Positions 14,851 to 23,275 of a stretch of 32,000 bases of DNA are shown piece after piece. Where the stretch lies: NCBI GenBank assembly GCA_942493095.1, contig OW818675.1:1530001-1562000 (forward strand), written 5' to 3'. Every line of letters starts with the position of its first letter. Position 1 is the first letter of the stretch. The stretch is from Candidatus Electronema halotolerans. Its GTDB lineage: Bacteria > Desulfobacterota > Desulfobulbia > Desulfobulbales > Desulfobulbaceae. Below the pieces are notes generated by a model. The model searched no databases. It worked only from the letters and a program-made list of their open reading frames with translations, and was not told the origin of the DNA. Both the position numbers and the translations under genes were made by a program.

Positions 14851-16095
14851 TCATGCTTCAGCCAGCGGATCATCAGCAAAGAGTTCGTGGCTGATCTCCT
14901 GATAGGCAGTCAGCAGGCCGGACTGCTGTTCGGCTGGAATTTCGTGCGCGGCAAGACAGCGGAGAAAGACCTGCTCATGCGCCAGCTCGGCCAGAGTCTC
15001 GCCTTCGCGTTCCGCGCAGAGATTCTGATCAGCAGGACGCAGGCTGCGGATGCGCAGGACTTCCAGCCCTGAACCGGCAACAAGCTGCTCCACCCGCTCC
15101 CGCAGATCACTGATCAGCTCGCTGTCCTCATGCACGACCTCCAGCCATATTCTGCGCTGTTCGACCCGCAGGCGGCCCAGCTCCTCAGCAATTTTCAGCC
15201 AGCCGCCCCGGATGCTTCTGATCTCCTGAAAGACCGGCACAGGCAGCACCCGCACCTGCGGCCCGTTCTCCGTGAAATCAACAAGGCAGATGCTTTTCCC
15301 TTTGCCCGCCTCAGCAAAGCTCATTACCAGCGGCGCGCCGCTGTAGCGGCGAGTCTCGTTGCCCTGCACAAGCTGCGGTGTGTGCAGGTGGCCAAGGGCG
15401 ACGTAATCAAGCAGGGGCGGAAAGGCATCTGCTCCCACGCAGGCCAAGTCGCCGACATAGAGGCTGCGGCTGCCGTCGCCTTCAACCATGCTGCCGCCTG
15501 CGGCAAAGAGATGGCCCATGCCAATGACCGGCACTGGCTGCGGCAGGCCCTGCTGCACAGCTGCCGCCGCCGCGCAGACTTCGGCATAGTGCCGCCGGAT
15601 GCCCTCGGCCAAATCGCGCTCGCGCTCCTCCATGCTCTGGCCGGGCGCGGCTGTGCGCAGGTCGCGGTCACGGAGAAAGGGCACCGCGCAGACAATGGCT
15701 TCCGGCCCGTCCTGCTGATTGCGGAGGAGCAGCACCTCGTCCGCAGGCGAATCTCCTTTTGCGGCAATGACGTGAATGTTCAGGGCACGGAGCAGCTTCT
15801 TGGGCGCGCTGAGAAAGGAGGGGGAATCGTGGTTGCCTGCGGTCACGATCAGGTGACGGCAGGGCGAGGCGGCCATCTGACAGAGGAAATTGTAGTAAAG
15901 CTGCTGGGTTTTGCTGCCCGGCGTGGTGGTGTCAAAGATGTCGCCTGCAACGGCCAGAATATCAACCTCGTGCTGAAGGGCGGCCTGATGCAGCCAGTGC
16001 AGGAAGGCGGCAAACTCCTCATGCCGCTGCCGTCCATGCAGCATCCGGCCCAAGTGCCAGTCAGAGGTGTGGAGAATGCGGAGCGGCTTGGGCAT
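14851..16095 (-). CDS. sbcD: Exonuclease SbcD (Mre11-family nuclease)
   Basis: MPKPLRILHTSDWHLGRMLHGRQRHEEFAAFLHWL...ILAVAGDIFD...VTAGNHDS...GHLH are the calcineurin-like phosphoesterase motifs in SbcD order. Confidence 0.85.
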   Translation of the reverse strand: MPKPLRILHTSDWHLGRMLHGRQRHEEFAAFLHWLHQAALQHEVDILAVAGDIFDTTTPGSKTQQLYYNFLCQMAASPCRHLIVTAGNHDSPSFLSAPKKLLRALNIHVIAAKGDSPADEVLLLRNQQDGPEAIVCAVPFLRDRDLRTAAPGQSMEERERDLAEGIRRHYAEVCAAAAAVQQGLPQPVPVIGMGHLFAAGGSMVEGDGSRSLYVGDLACVGADAFPPLLDYVALGHLHTPQLVQGNETRRYSGAPLVMSFAEAGKGKSICLVDFTENGPQVRVLPVPVFQEIRSIRGGWLKIAEELGRLRVEQRRIWLEVVHEDSELISDLRERVEQLVAGSGLEVLRIRSLRPADQNLCAEREGETLAELAHEQVFLRCLAAHEIPAEQQSGLLTAYQEISHELFADDPLAEA

Positions 16096-16148
16096 GGAAT
16101 TGCTGGTTTGGAAATGGCATCAGACAGACAGTTGCATGAGCAGCCTTT

Positions 16149-16634
16149 TCAGCCATCTTGTTTGGCCGCCCTCCGCTCCTCCCAGAACTGGAGCAGGAGG
16201 AACAGAGCAATGCCGACCGTGATGCCGGAGTCAGCCACATTGAAGGCGGGCCAGTGGTATTTGCCAAGGTAAAAATCGAGAAAATCCACCACTGCGCCCC
16301 AGCGCAGCCGGTCGATCATGTTGCCGAGCGCGCCGCCGCTGATCAGACCAAAGCTGACTGCATAGAGGAAGTGGCGCGGCCCCAGTTTATACTGCATGAT
16401 GACCAAGGCGGTCAGGGCGGCGGCAGAAATGCTGATGAAGAATATCTGCCGCCAGAGCATTGGCAGGCCGGACAAGATGCCAAAGGCCGCGCCGCTGTTG
16501 TAGAGCAGGGTCAGGTTGAAGAAGCCGGGAATGACCGGCAGGGTCTCGTGCAGCGTGAACTGCTGGACAACCCACAGCTTGGTGAGCTGGTCGCTGACCG
16601 CCACCAGCACCATGATGAGCAGAAAACGAATCAT
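16149..16634 (-). CDS. lspA: Lipoprotein signal peptidase II
   Basis: MIRFLLIMVLVAVSDQLTKLWV...NSGAAFG...GGALGNMIDRL..GAVVDFLDF....WPAFNVADS. I took the start at ATG 16634, which is 2 nt after the ileS stop. The track ORF extends spuriously into ileS. Confidence 0.9.
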   Translation of the reverse strand: MIRFLLIMVLVAVSDQLTKLWVVQQFTLHETLPVIPGFFNLTLLYNSGAAFGILSGLPMLWRQIFFISISAAALTALVIMQYKLGPRHFLYAVSFGLISGGALGNMIDRLRWGAVVDFLDFYLGKYHWPAFNVADSGITVGIALFLLLQFWEERRAAKQDG

Positions 16635-16636
16635 GA

Positions 16637-19447
16637 TCAAGCGGGCAGGCTGCGGACTACAGCAGCGCAGCGGCTGCACAGGGCCGGGTGCTCGCTGTCT
16701 TGACCGACGCTGGGCGAAATCATCCAGCAGCGTTCGCACTTGCCGCCCGGCGCAGGCCGCACCCCGATTTGCAGCCCGGCAATTTCCTCGGAAGCGGTGA
16801 AGGCGGCCTCGCCTGCATCGCTGACCGTCTTCAGGCTGGAGACTATGCACAGCTCACGCAGCAGCTCCTCCTTGCCACTGAGAAAGGCAGCCAGTTCGCC
16901 CTCAGCCAAGAGCAGCACCTCGGCATCTAAGGACAGGCCGATCACCTTGTCCTTGCGGGCGGTCTCCAGCACTCTGGTGATTTCACCGCGCAGGTTCAGG
17001 AGCTGCTTCCAGCGTTGATCCAGCTCCGCGTCCAAGGCAATGTCATCCACTTTGGGCAGCTCGGCAAAGAAGACCGACTGTTCCAGGGGCGCATTCTCGT
17101 CCAAGCCATGCAGATGCTCCCATGCCTCTGCCGCAGTGACGCTGAGAATCGGGGCCATGAGCCGGAGCAGGCCGTCAAGGATGCGATGCAGGACAGTCTG
17201 GGCAGCCCGGCGGCCCGGCGCATCGGTGCCGGAGCAGTAGAGCCGATCTTTAAGGATGTCGGCATAGAGGCTGGACATGGTGATGCCGCAGAAGTTGAGC
17301 AGACTATGATAAATGGCGTGGAACTCGTAGTCATTGTAGGCTTTCTCCACCCGGCGCACCAAGTCAGCATAGCGGGCCAAGGCCCAGCGGTCCAGCTCGC
17401 GGAAATGCTCCGGCCCGACGCTGTTCGCAGCCGGGTCAAAGTCGCTCAGGTTGGAGAGGAGGAAGCGCACCGTGTTGCGCATCTTGCGGTAGGCATCTGA
17501 GACATGGCGGAGGATTTCCTCGGAAACCTTGACATCGTCGCGGTAGTCCTCGCTCGCCACCCAGAGGCGAAGTATCTCGGCCCCGAACTTGTCAATCATG
17601 TCCTGCGGCAGGATGACATTGCCGAGCGACTTGGACATCTTCTTGCCTTTGCCATCAACCACATAGCCGTGGGTCAGCACACCCTTGAACGGTGCCCGCC
17701 CGCGTGTGCCAATCGAAGCCAGCAGAGAGGCTTGGAACCAGCCTCGGTGCTGATCACTGCCCTCAAGATACAAATCAGCAGGCGAGCGCAGCCCGGCCCG
17801 TGCCTCCAAAACCGCTGCGTGGCTCACGCCGGAGTCAAACCAGACATCAAGAATGTCATGCTCTTTCTCAAATTTGGCGCAGCCGCAGGCGCATTGTACG
17901 CCTTCAGGAATGAATTCCGCCGCCTCACGCTGGAACCAAGCATCTGCCCCTTCTTGGGCAAAAATGGCCTCAATCCGCTCGCAGACCGCTTTGTCCTTGA
18001 GGATTTCCCCGCAGTCCGCACAGGTGAGCACGGTCAGCGGCACTCCCCAGGAACGCTGGCGGGACAGGCACCAATCAGGCCGTCCCTCAACCATGCCATG
18101 AATCCGCTGCTCGCCCCAGGCCGGTGTCCAGCGCACCTCCTCAATCGCCTGCAAGGCTTTCTGACGCAGCTCGTTCAGCTCCATAGCAATGAACCACTGC
18201 TTGGTGGCCCGGTAGATGACCGGCTTTTTGCAGCGCCAGCAGTGCGGGTAGGAATGGTCGATCTCGCTTTCCTTGACCAAGACCCCGGCAGCAGCCATGT
18301 CGTCGTTGATCTCCCGGTTGACCATCGGGATGCGGCGGCCTGCGTACTTGCCCGCCTCGCCTGTATATTGGCCCGCATCATCAACCGGCGAGAGCACCTC
18401 CAAGCCATAGCGCAGGCCAGTCAGGTAGTCGTCCGCACCATGCCCCGGGGCCGTATGCACGCAGCCAGTGCCGGAATCCGCCGTGACATAATCAGCCAAG
18501 ACAATCAATGACTCGCGCTCAAAGAAGGGATGGCGGCACTTGCGGCCTTCCAAGCCTTTGGCGGAAAAGGTGCAGACAATGCGGTAGTCGGCAATGCCGA
18601 AATCGGCAAAGCATTGCTCTACCAGTTCGTGGGCGAGAATCCAGATTTCATCCCGCACAGCCACGGCGGCATAGACAAAATTCGGATGAAAGGCCACAGC
18701 CATGTTGGCAGGCAGGGTCCACGGGGTGGTGGTCCAGATCAGGACGGAGACTTTGCTTGTCTGCCCTGCCAGCTCCGGGATTACGTCGCTCACGTCCTCA
18801 GCCAGCGGAAACTTGACGTAAATCGAAGGCGAGGTGTGATTATAGTATTCCACTTCCGCCTCTGCCAAGGCCGTGCGGCAGGTGGAACACCAATAGACCG
18901 GCTTTTTCGAGCGCACTACCCCGCCGTTGAGCAGGAAGCGGTTGAACTCGCGAGCAATGGCTGCCTCATAGCCGCAGCTCATGGTCAGATAGGGAGCGTC
19001 CCAGTCACCCAGCACCTCCAGCCGCCGGAACTGCTCCTTCTGAGCCGCCACCCATTGATTCGCATATTTGCGGCAGGCGGCCCGCTTCTCCAAGGTGGAG
19101 ATGACCTCCTTGCGCTCGCCCAGCTCCTTGTCAACATTGTGCTCAATCGGCAGGCCGTGGCAGTCCCAGCCCGGCACGTAAGGAGCCTGAAAACCGGCCA
19201 TGCGCCGCGATTTGAGAATGATGTCCTTGAGCACCTTGTTGAAGGCCGTGCCCAGATGAATGTTGCCATTGGCATAAGGCGGGCCGTCATGAAGGATGAA
19301 CAGGGGCCTGTCCGCCGCAGCCTGCTGGAGTTTCTCATAGAGCCGCTCCTCTTCCCAGCGGGCCAGATACTGCGGCTCCTTCTGGGTCAGGCTGGCCTTC
19401 ATCTTGAATGTGGTTTTGGGCAGGTTCAGAGTGTCCCGGTAGTCCAT
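16637..19447 (-). CDS. ileS: Isoleucyl-tRNA synthetase (type 1, C-terminal zinc finger)
   Basis: MDYRDTLNLPKTTFKMKA..., the HIGH-type motif PPYANGNIHLGTAF, KMSKSLGN, and the C-terminal CERCW...CSRC. I took the start at the internal ATG 19447. Confidence 0.95.
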   Translation of the reverse strand: MDYRDTLNLPKTTFKMKASLTQKEPQYLARWEEERLYEKLQQAAADRPLFILHDGPPYANGNIHLGTAFNKVLKDIILKSRRMAGFQAPYVPGWDCHGLPIEHNVDKELGERKEVISTLEKRAACRKYANQWVAAQKEQFRRLEVLGDWDAPYLTMSCGYEAAIAREFNRFLLNGGVVRSKKPVYWCSTCRTALAEAEVEYYNHTSPSIYVKFPLAEDVSDVIPELAGQTSKVSVLIWTTTPWTLPANMAVAFHPNFVYAAVAVRDEIWILAHELVEQCFADFGIADYRIVCTFSAKGLEGRKCRHPFFERESLIVLADYVTADSGTGCVHTAPGHGADDYLTGLRYGLEVLSPVDDAGQYTGEAGKYAGRRIPMVNREINDDMAAAGVLVKESEIDHSYPHCWRCKKPVIYRATKQWFIAMELNELRQKALQAIEEVRWTPAWGEQRIHGMVEGRPDWCLSRQRSWGVPLTVLTCADCGEILKDKAVCERIEAIFAQEGADAWFQREAAEFIPEGVQCACGCAKFEKEHDILDVWFDSGVSHAAVLEARAGLRSPADLYLEGSDQHRGWFQASLLASIGTRGRAPFKGVLTHGYVVDGKGKKMSKSLGNVILPQDMIDKFGAEILRLWVASEDYRDDVKVSEEILRHVSDAYRKMRNTVRFLLSNLSDFDPAANSVGPEHFRELDRWALARYADLVRRVEKAYNDYEFHAIYHSLLNFCGITMSSLYADILKDRLYCSGTDAPGRRAAQTVLHRILDGLLRLMAPILSVTAAEAWEHLHGLDENAPLEQSVFFAELPKVDDIALDAELDQRWKQLLNLRGEITRVLETARKDKVIGLSLDAEVLLLAEGELAAFLSGKEELLRELCIVSSLKTVSDAGEAAFTASEEIAGLQIGVRPAPGGKCERCWMISPSVGQDSEHPALCSRCAAVVRSLPA

Positions 19448-19468
19448 TGCTGTTCTCGCGGATAGGAA

Positions 19469-19497
19469 AATATCTTTTATTCTGAAAAGGTTGACAA
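19469..19497 (-). promoter_or_regulatory. Weak candidate sigma70 promoter for ileS
   Basis: On the minus strand: TTGTCA (19497-19492), a 17-nt spacer, then GATATT (19474-19469). This is a pattern match only, and the resulting leader would be very short. Confidence 0.2.
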
Positions 19498-19593
19498 GTC
19501 CGGCCTGCGGCGGGCCGTCCCGGCGCAATAAAGCAAGAGTTTACCCGGAACCGGGGAAGATGCAAGGAAAAACAGAGCTTGCAGCGGGCGGCC

Positions 19594-19617
19594 CATGCTG
19601 TCCATCGGGACAGCATG
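19594..19617. terminator. Perfect 10-bp-stem hairpin between the 189-aa ORF and ileS
   Basis: catgctgtcc (19594-19603), loop atcg, then ggacagcatg (19608-19617). It lies 17 nt downstream of the stop at 19634. On the minus strand a T-run (CTGTTTTTCC) appears only about 20 nt later. Confidence 0.35.
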
Positions 19618-19633
19618 CGGCCTCTGCATATAT

Positions 19634-20203
19634 TTATATTTCGCCAAATTCCTTGCCATTAACGCTTGCACCTGTCACATAGATATAAACAGGTTCTGGT
19701 CCTGATCTCCTGAGCGTTTGTCCATTGTCTTTGAAACTGACGGAATCAACAACGGCCTTGCACCCTCTAAGAACAAGTTCATCATGCTCGTCGGCAGACC
19801 TCAATGCGTTGTCCACATCCTTTGACGCACCTATTGCGGTAAAATTAATTGTATGCTTATTCAGATAATCTGCGGCGCAACCATACTGATCGATAATCCC
19901 TCTGGCATCCGCTGAAAGGTCGGATTTATAATCCCATGCTGCAAGCTCTATCGCTGTTTCACCCCAGATCAATGAGAAGGAACCACTGAACACGTCAAAT
20001 ATCTGATCACCATGAGATACGCCCATCAGCGCGCCTTCTGCTTCCCACTCTTCTTTCAAATCAAAATTCCATTCAACTTGCTCATTGGACAGAACTAAAT
20101 GCCCATCAGTCTGTTCTGCCGTTATGTCGGGCGTGCTGCTTCGATTATACAAGAAATATCCGGCAGCACCAAGCAGCAGGATAATGATGAGGAAATTTTT
20201 CAT
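19634..20203 (-). CDS. Hypothetical protein with an N-terminal membrane anchor or signal sequence
   Basis: The 189-aa product starts MKNFLIIILLLGAAGYFLY. A GGAGA ribosome-binding site lies 8 nt upstream. GC is lower than in ileS: a hand count of 19801-19860 gives 23/60. No family was recognised. Confidence 0.55.
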   Translation of the reverse strand: MKNFLIIILLLGAAGYFLYNRSSTPDITAEQTDGHLVLSNEQVEWNFDLKEEWEAEGALMGVSHGDQIFDVFSGSFSLIWGETAIELAAWDYKSDLSADARGIIDQYGCAADYLNKHTINFTAIGASKDVDNALRSADEHDELVLRGCKAVVDSVSFKDNGQTLRRSGPEPVYIYVTGASVNGKEFGEI

Positions 20204-20232
20204 TTCTCAGTCTCCGGTTGCGCATTGCAAAA

Positions 20233-20290
20233 AGCCTTGCAAGGTGCATGGCCATGCACTGTCTTTAGTGCGGTGACTGCACCCTGCCCA
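20233..20290 (+). repeat. Structured about 55-bp repeat element, copy A
   Basis: Sequence: agccttgcaaggtgcatggccatgcactgtctttagtgcggtgactgcaccctgccca. It contains the palindrome gtgcatggccatgcac. On the minus strand it is followed by CTTTTTGC, so it looks like a terminator for the gene at 20307..21353. Confidence 0.7.
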
Positions 20291-20306
20291 ACTCAATAAT
20301 CGTCTG

Positions 20307-21353
20307 TCATCCGCCAATCGGTGAAAGATCACAGACCTCAAGCATGTATCGTCCATAAGAAAGCAGGCTGGCGACGAACAGATCATAGGAGTTGCTGTCG
20401 ATGAAATTCACCGTCACCTCCGCATTCAGGCCGGCAAGCGCCATGTCAACCCCTGCCGGAGGAATGATCACCTCCGGGCCGAGCGGTCCTTCAAGAGGGC
20501 CGACAGCAAGGGCAATCTGACCATCTGTCCGATAGACCGCCTCAAACCTGCACATAACCTGATGGCTGGAATAGTTGCTCACCACCAGCGGGCCGTCCGC
20601 AGCATCGCCGACAACGAAGAGCTTGGGCTGCTGTGCAGTGACAACGTTGGTGGAGCGCAGATGCTTGGCATACTCGCCTGTTCGCAGCTGTCCATTCTCC
20701 GTGTATCGTGACCGCACCGCAATGATCTTCTCAACATTTGGGGAGACTGTAGGATTTCCTCCGAAATCAGGGGTGATGATGATTTTGGAGGGATTGTTGA
20801 GGCTGATATTTGTCTGCTGGACAATATGGCCGTCAGCATCAGTCAGGAAAACGCCTTGGGTCGGGTCTGTTCCATCAAAGCCGATATTCGAGCCGTCCAG
20901 ACGGAAGCCGTGATCCGGGCGGATCCAGTTGGCAAGATTGGTGTTTGTGTCATAGGCCGCGCTGATCTCAGGAGCCTTTTCCGAATACGGGAGGCGCACG
21001 TATTCGGCCTGCTGCGCCACTTCCTCTTTCAGGACCACAGAAGGCTTGGCCTTGACATCAACAGGGTCAGGCGGCAGGTCGTCGGTCGGCTGCGCCAAGC
21101 GGACAGGCAGAGAGGTGACAAAAGACACGAACCCGGCGAGGTTGATCGTGTTGCCGTCGGCAAGCTGGCGGATCACCTCATCCCGGAAGGCCTCAAGCAC
21201 CGCCTTGGCAGTGTCTGCCGGGATGGTCGGGTTGTGCAGGTTGATCTGCTCGGCCAGGGCATCATAGTCCAAGGTGTTCTGAGGAACCGGGCGGGCGGTG
21301 TAGGACGGGGGATTGGTCAGATAGTTCGGGATGATTTTGTATTGGATAGGCAT
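20307..21353 (-). CDS. Putative DNA-binding protein: HU-like N-terminal domain plus DUF4469-like (Ig-like) region
   Basis: AAGGAG lies 6 nt upstream of the ATG. The N-terminus is MPIQYKIIPNYLTNPPSYTARPV...YDALAEQINLHNPTIPADTAKAVLEAFRDEVIRQLADGNTINLAGFVSF. This follows the HU_HIG-type pattern I know from Bacteroidota proteins that carry DUF4469. The central region (GFRLDGSNIGFDGTDPTQGVFLTDADG...NNPSKIIITP) fits the DUF4469 pattern. The call is from memory of these families and has not been searched. Confidence 0.45.
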   Translation of the reverse strand: MPIQYKIIPNYLTNPPSYTARPVPQNTLDYDALAEQINLHNPTIPADTAKAVLEAFRDEVIRQLADGNTINLAGFVSFVTSLPVRLAQPTDDLPPDPVDVKAKPSVVLKEEVAQQAEYVRLPYSEKAPEISAAYDTNTNLANWIRPDHGFRLDGSNIGFDGTDPTQGVFLTDADGHIVQQTNISLNNPSKIIITPDFGGNPTVSPNVEKIIAVRSRYTENGQLRTGEYAKHLRSTNVVTAQQPKLFVVGDAADGPLVVSNYSSHQVMCRFEAVYRTDGQIALAVGPLEGPLGPEVIIPPAGVDMALAGLNAEVTVNFIDSNSYDLFVASLLSYGRYMLEVCDLSPIGG

Positions 21354-21497
21354 GACGTGCTCCTTTGGTTGAAGATGTGCTTTTATACTTGCCCTACCGG
21401 CATCTTACCGGTATCATCCATCTTCAAAATAAATCTTTCGAGCAGATGCCGCAACAGATAAAATCGGAAGATGCAGGCAGCTCTGTCCGGCTGCTGC

Positions 21498-21635
21498 AAT
21501 GCAGGCTTTCGCAGCGCACGAATGCCTGGTTTCGTGTCTGTCGAATGCATGCATTCGTTCCAATCAAATGCCTGCATTCGTGCCGATCAAATGCATGCAT
21601 TCGTGCTAATCAAATGCAGGCATTCGTGTGCAGGA
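21498..21635 (+). repeat. Six exactly phased 23-bp direct repeats (iteron/operator-like), each with an AATGC-NN-GCATT dyad
   Basis: AATGC starts at 21498, 21521, 21544, 21567, 21590 and 21613. The units are aatgcaggctttcgcagcgcacg / aatgcctggtttcgtgtctgtcg / aatgcatgcattcgttccaatca / aatgcctgcattcgtgccgatca / aatgcatgcattcgtgctaatca / aatgcaggcattcgtgtgcagga. Confidence 0.85.
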
Positions 21636-21728
21636 AAACCGGCAGGGCGGGGAGTACTTCGCTCTCCCAGAGGTGATTGCGCATGGAACGTTTCCGCTTA
21701 TTGATACTGTCAGGAGTAATTAAACCAA

Positions 21729-22058
21729 ATGGATATTGAAACCGAAATTCTTAAACTTCTCAGAGAGAGAAACCATGTGTCTTTTGCCGAGCTGAACAGG
21801 ATTCCTGGCTTTGATGGTGAAGGGAGCATTAGCCACCCAAGATACAACAATATTCTCATTTGGCATAGAGTTTCCGAGGAAGGATATCACGCGATAAACA
21901 ATCTTATGGGTAATTATGGGGTCGCAATTACTCCATGTGAACAACTTGTTTACATTATTGACGGGTTGGTACCCAATATTCCGATTGCCAAGTCCGCAAG
22001 AAGTTACGCTAAACCAAGATGGCTTCCTTGCGTTTTGGTTCTCCCCGAAGCCAAGTAA
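21729..22058 (+). CDS. Hypothetical 109-aa protein (possible winged-helix-like N-terminus)
   Basis: MDIETEILKLLRERNHVSFAELNRIPGF... An AGGAG lies 12 nt upstream, which is rather far. No family was recognised. Confidence 0.45.
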   Translation: MDIETEILKLLRERNHVSFAELNRIPGFDGEGSISHPRYNNILIWHRVSEEGYHAINNLMGNYGVAITPCEQLVYIIDGLVPNIPIAKSARSYAKPRWLPCVLVLPEAK

Positions 22059-22059
22059 T

Positions 22060-22112
22060 AGCCTTGCAGGGTGCCATGCACTGTCTTTAGTGCGGGGGCC
22101 GCATCCTGCCCG
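22060..22112 (+). repeat. Structured about 55-bp repeat element, copy B
   Basis: Sequence: agccttgcagggtgccatgcactgtctttagtgcgggggccgcatcctgcccg. It is in the same orientation as copy A and shares an identical 21-mer core, catgcactgtctttagtgcgg. It starts 2 nt after the stop of 21729..22058. Confidence 0.7.
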
Positions 22113-22161
22113 GCTTTTAGTATTACAGGCAAGAGAATAGACGAATCAATAAGGATACAGC

Positions 22162-22467
22162 ATGGTACAGCTCCAAATTATATCAGATCAACAGCATGCG
22201 CTTCCTATTATCCAATCAGCCATTGCGGCAAAAGTGAAGCGGATTGAAATAGGGCTGCGAACGACGGAACAGGAAATTCAGAAGGTTGAGTCCAAATATC
22301 ATATTGCTTCAGAACAGTTCATGAGCGACTGCACCGCAGAAGACTTGGACGGCGGCGATGACGAATATGTCAGCTGGATGGGAGAACTCCAGCTTCGAGA
22401 GGCTATCCGGGAAGAATTACACCTCCTGAGCAATATCGAATATGTTACTCAAAGAGTATCTGACTGA
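22162..22467 (+). CDS. Hypothetical 101-aa acidic, helical protein; first gene of the HNH cassette
   Basis: AAGGA lies 6 nt upstream. The product starts MVQLQIISDQQHALPIIQSAIAAKVKRIEIGLRTTEQEIQKVESKY. No family was recognised. Confidence 0.5.
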   Translation: MVQLQIISDQQHALPIIQSAIAAKVKRIEIGLRTTEQEIQKVESKYHIASEQFMSDCTAEDLDGGDDEYVSWMGELQLREAIREELHLLSNIEYVTQRVSD

Positions 22468-22494
22468 CATCAACAATACTTCGAGGTGAGTTTT

Positions 22495-22854
22495 ATGGAA
22501 ATATGTTTAAATATTCCCGATGAATTATTCCCGCATCTGCAAAGGCACCGAAATCGGCTGGCGCAAATTCTGTCTCTGGGACTGCGTGAACTGGAGGCCA
22601 AGCCCTCCGGGAGCTTTGCAGGTCTGACGGATGTGCTGGAGTTCTTAGCTGGTCTGCCCGCAGAAGAAGAAATTCTGCGTCTGCGTCCGTCTCCGCAATT
22701 GCAGGCGCAACTGGAAGCGTTGCTCGAAAAACAGCGCACTGACGGCCTGAGTCCAGATGAGGAATCAGAATGGCGGCAGTATGAGTATGTTGAACATTTA
22801 GTCCGTAAAGCGAAATTAAACGCTGTGAAAAGGCGGCAGGCTTGTCGTGAGTAG
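22495..22854 (+). CDS. Small helical protein of the type commonly paired with HNH/PIN genes (antitoxin-like)
   Basis: GAGGTGAG lies upstream of ATG 22495 (MEICLNIPDELFPHLQ...). The C-terminal ...LSPDEESEWRQYEYVEHLVRKAKLNA resembles a family I recall next to small HNH or PIN genes in cyanobacteria and others. Its stop overlaps the HNH start by 8 nt. Confidence 0.5.
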   Translation: MEICLNIPDELFPHLQRHRNRLAQILSLGLRELEAKPSGSFAGLTDVLEFLAGLPAEEEILRLRPSPQLQAQLEALLEKQRTDGLSPDEESEWRQYEYVEHLVRKAKLNAVKRRQACRE

Positions 22855-23275
22855 GACGTATATTCCTGTCGCGTTGCGCAATTTAGTGCATGAGCGTGCA
22901 AAGGCTGCCTGCGAGTATTGCCTGATTCCCGAAATGATCACCTTTGCTCCGCATCAGATTGATCATGTTATTGCTGAAAAACATGGAGGAGCAACTGAAC
23001 AGGACAACCTCGCCTTGGCCTGCATTCTTTGCAATAAGCACAAAGGAAGTGATATTGCCTCGGTTGACCCGGAAACAGGAGAAATTGTTGCCTTGTATAA
23101 TCCGAGGCTGGATTCCTGGGAGGAACATTTTCAGCTTGAAGAAAACGGAAAGATACAACCGCTGACTGATATCGGACGGGTCACTTCGCAACTTTTACGT
23201 TTTAATACGCCTGAACGTGTCAGTGAACGCAGGCTGTTGTATGAATTGCTGAAGAGCGAGGGCAAATTTGCTTGA
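22847..23275 (+). CDS. HNH endonuclease (small stand-alone type)
   Basis: CEYCLIPE....HQIDHVIAEKHGGATEQDNLALACILCNKHKGSD gives the Cys pair, the H-N-H residues and a second Cys pair. The GTG start is as in the track. Confidence 0.8.
   Translation: MSRTYIPVALRNLVHERAKAACEYCLIPEMITFAPHQIDHVIAEKHGGATEQDNLALACILCNKHKGSDIASVDPETGEIVALYNPRLDSWEEHFQLEENGKIQPLTDIGRVTSQLLRFNTPERVSERRLLYELLKSEGKFA

Noticed and set aside
15130-19465. Long + strand ORFs at 15130..16272, 17504..18511 and 18530..19465
   Set aside because: They are antisense to sbcD and ileS, both of which are unambiguous on the minus strand.
19448-19633. T-box or other leader upstream of ileS
   Set aside because: I could not find a specifier or T-box consensus, or an obvious terminator/antiterminator pair. 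Only one hairpin was found, and it is more simply explained as the end of the upstream gene.
21365-21704. + strand ORFs (103 and 77 aa) across the 23-bp repeat array
   Set aside because: Their repetitive peptide (MHAFV.../NACIRA...) is produced by translating the DNA repeats. They have no ribosome-binding site, so the DNA-level repeat is the better explanation.
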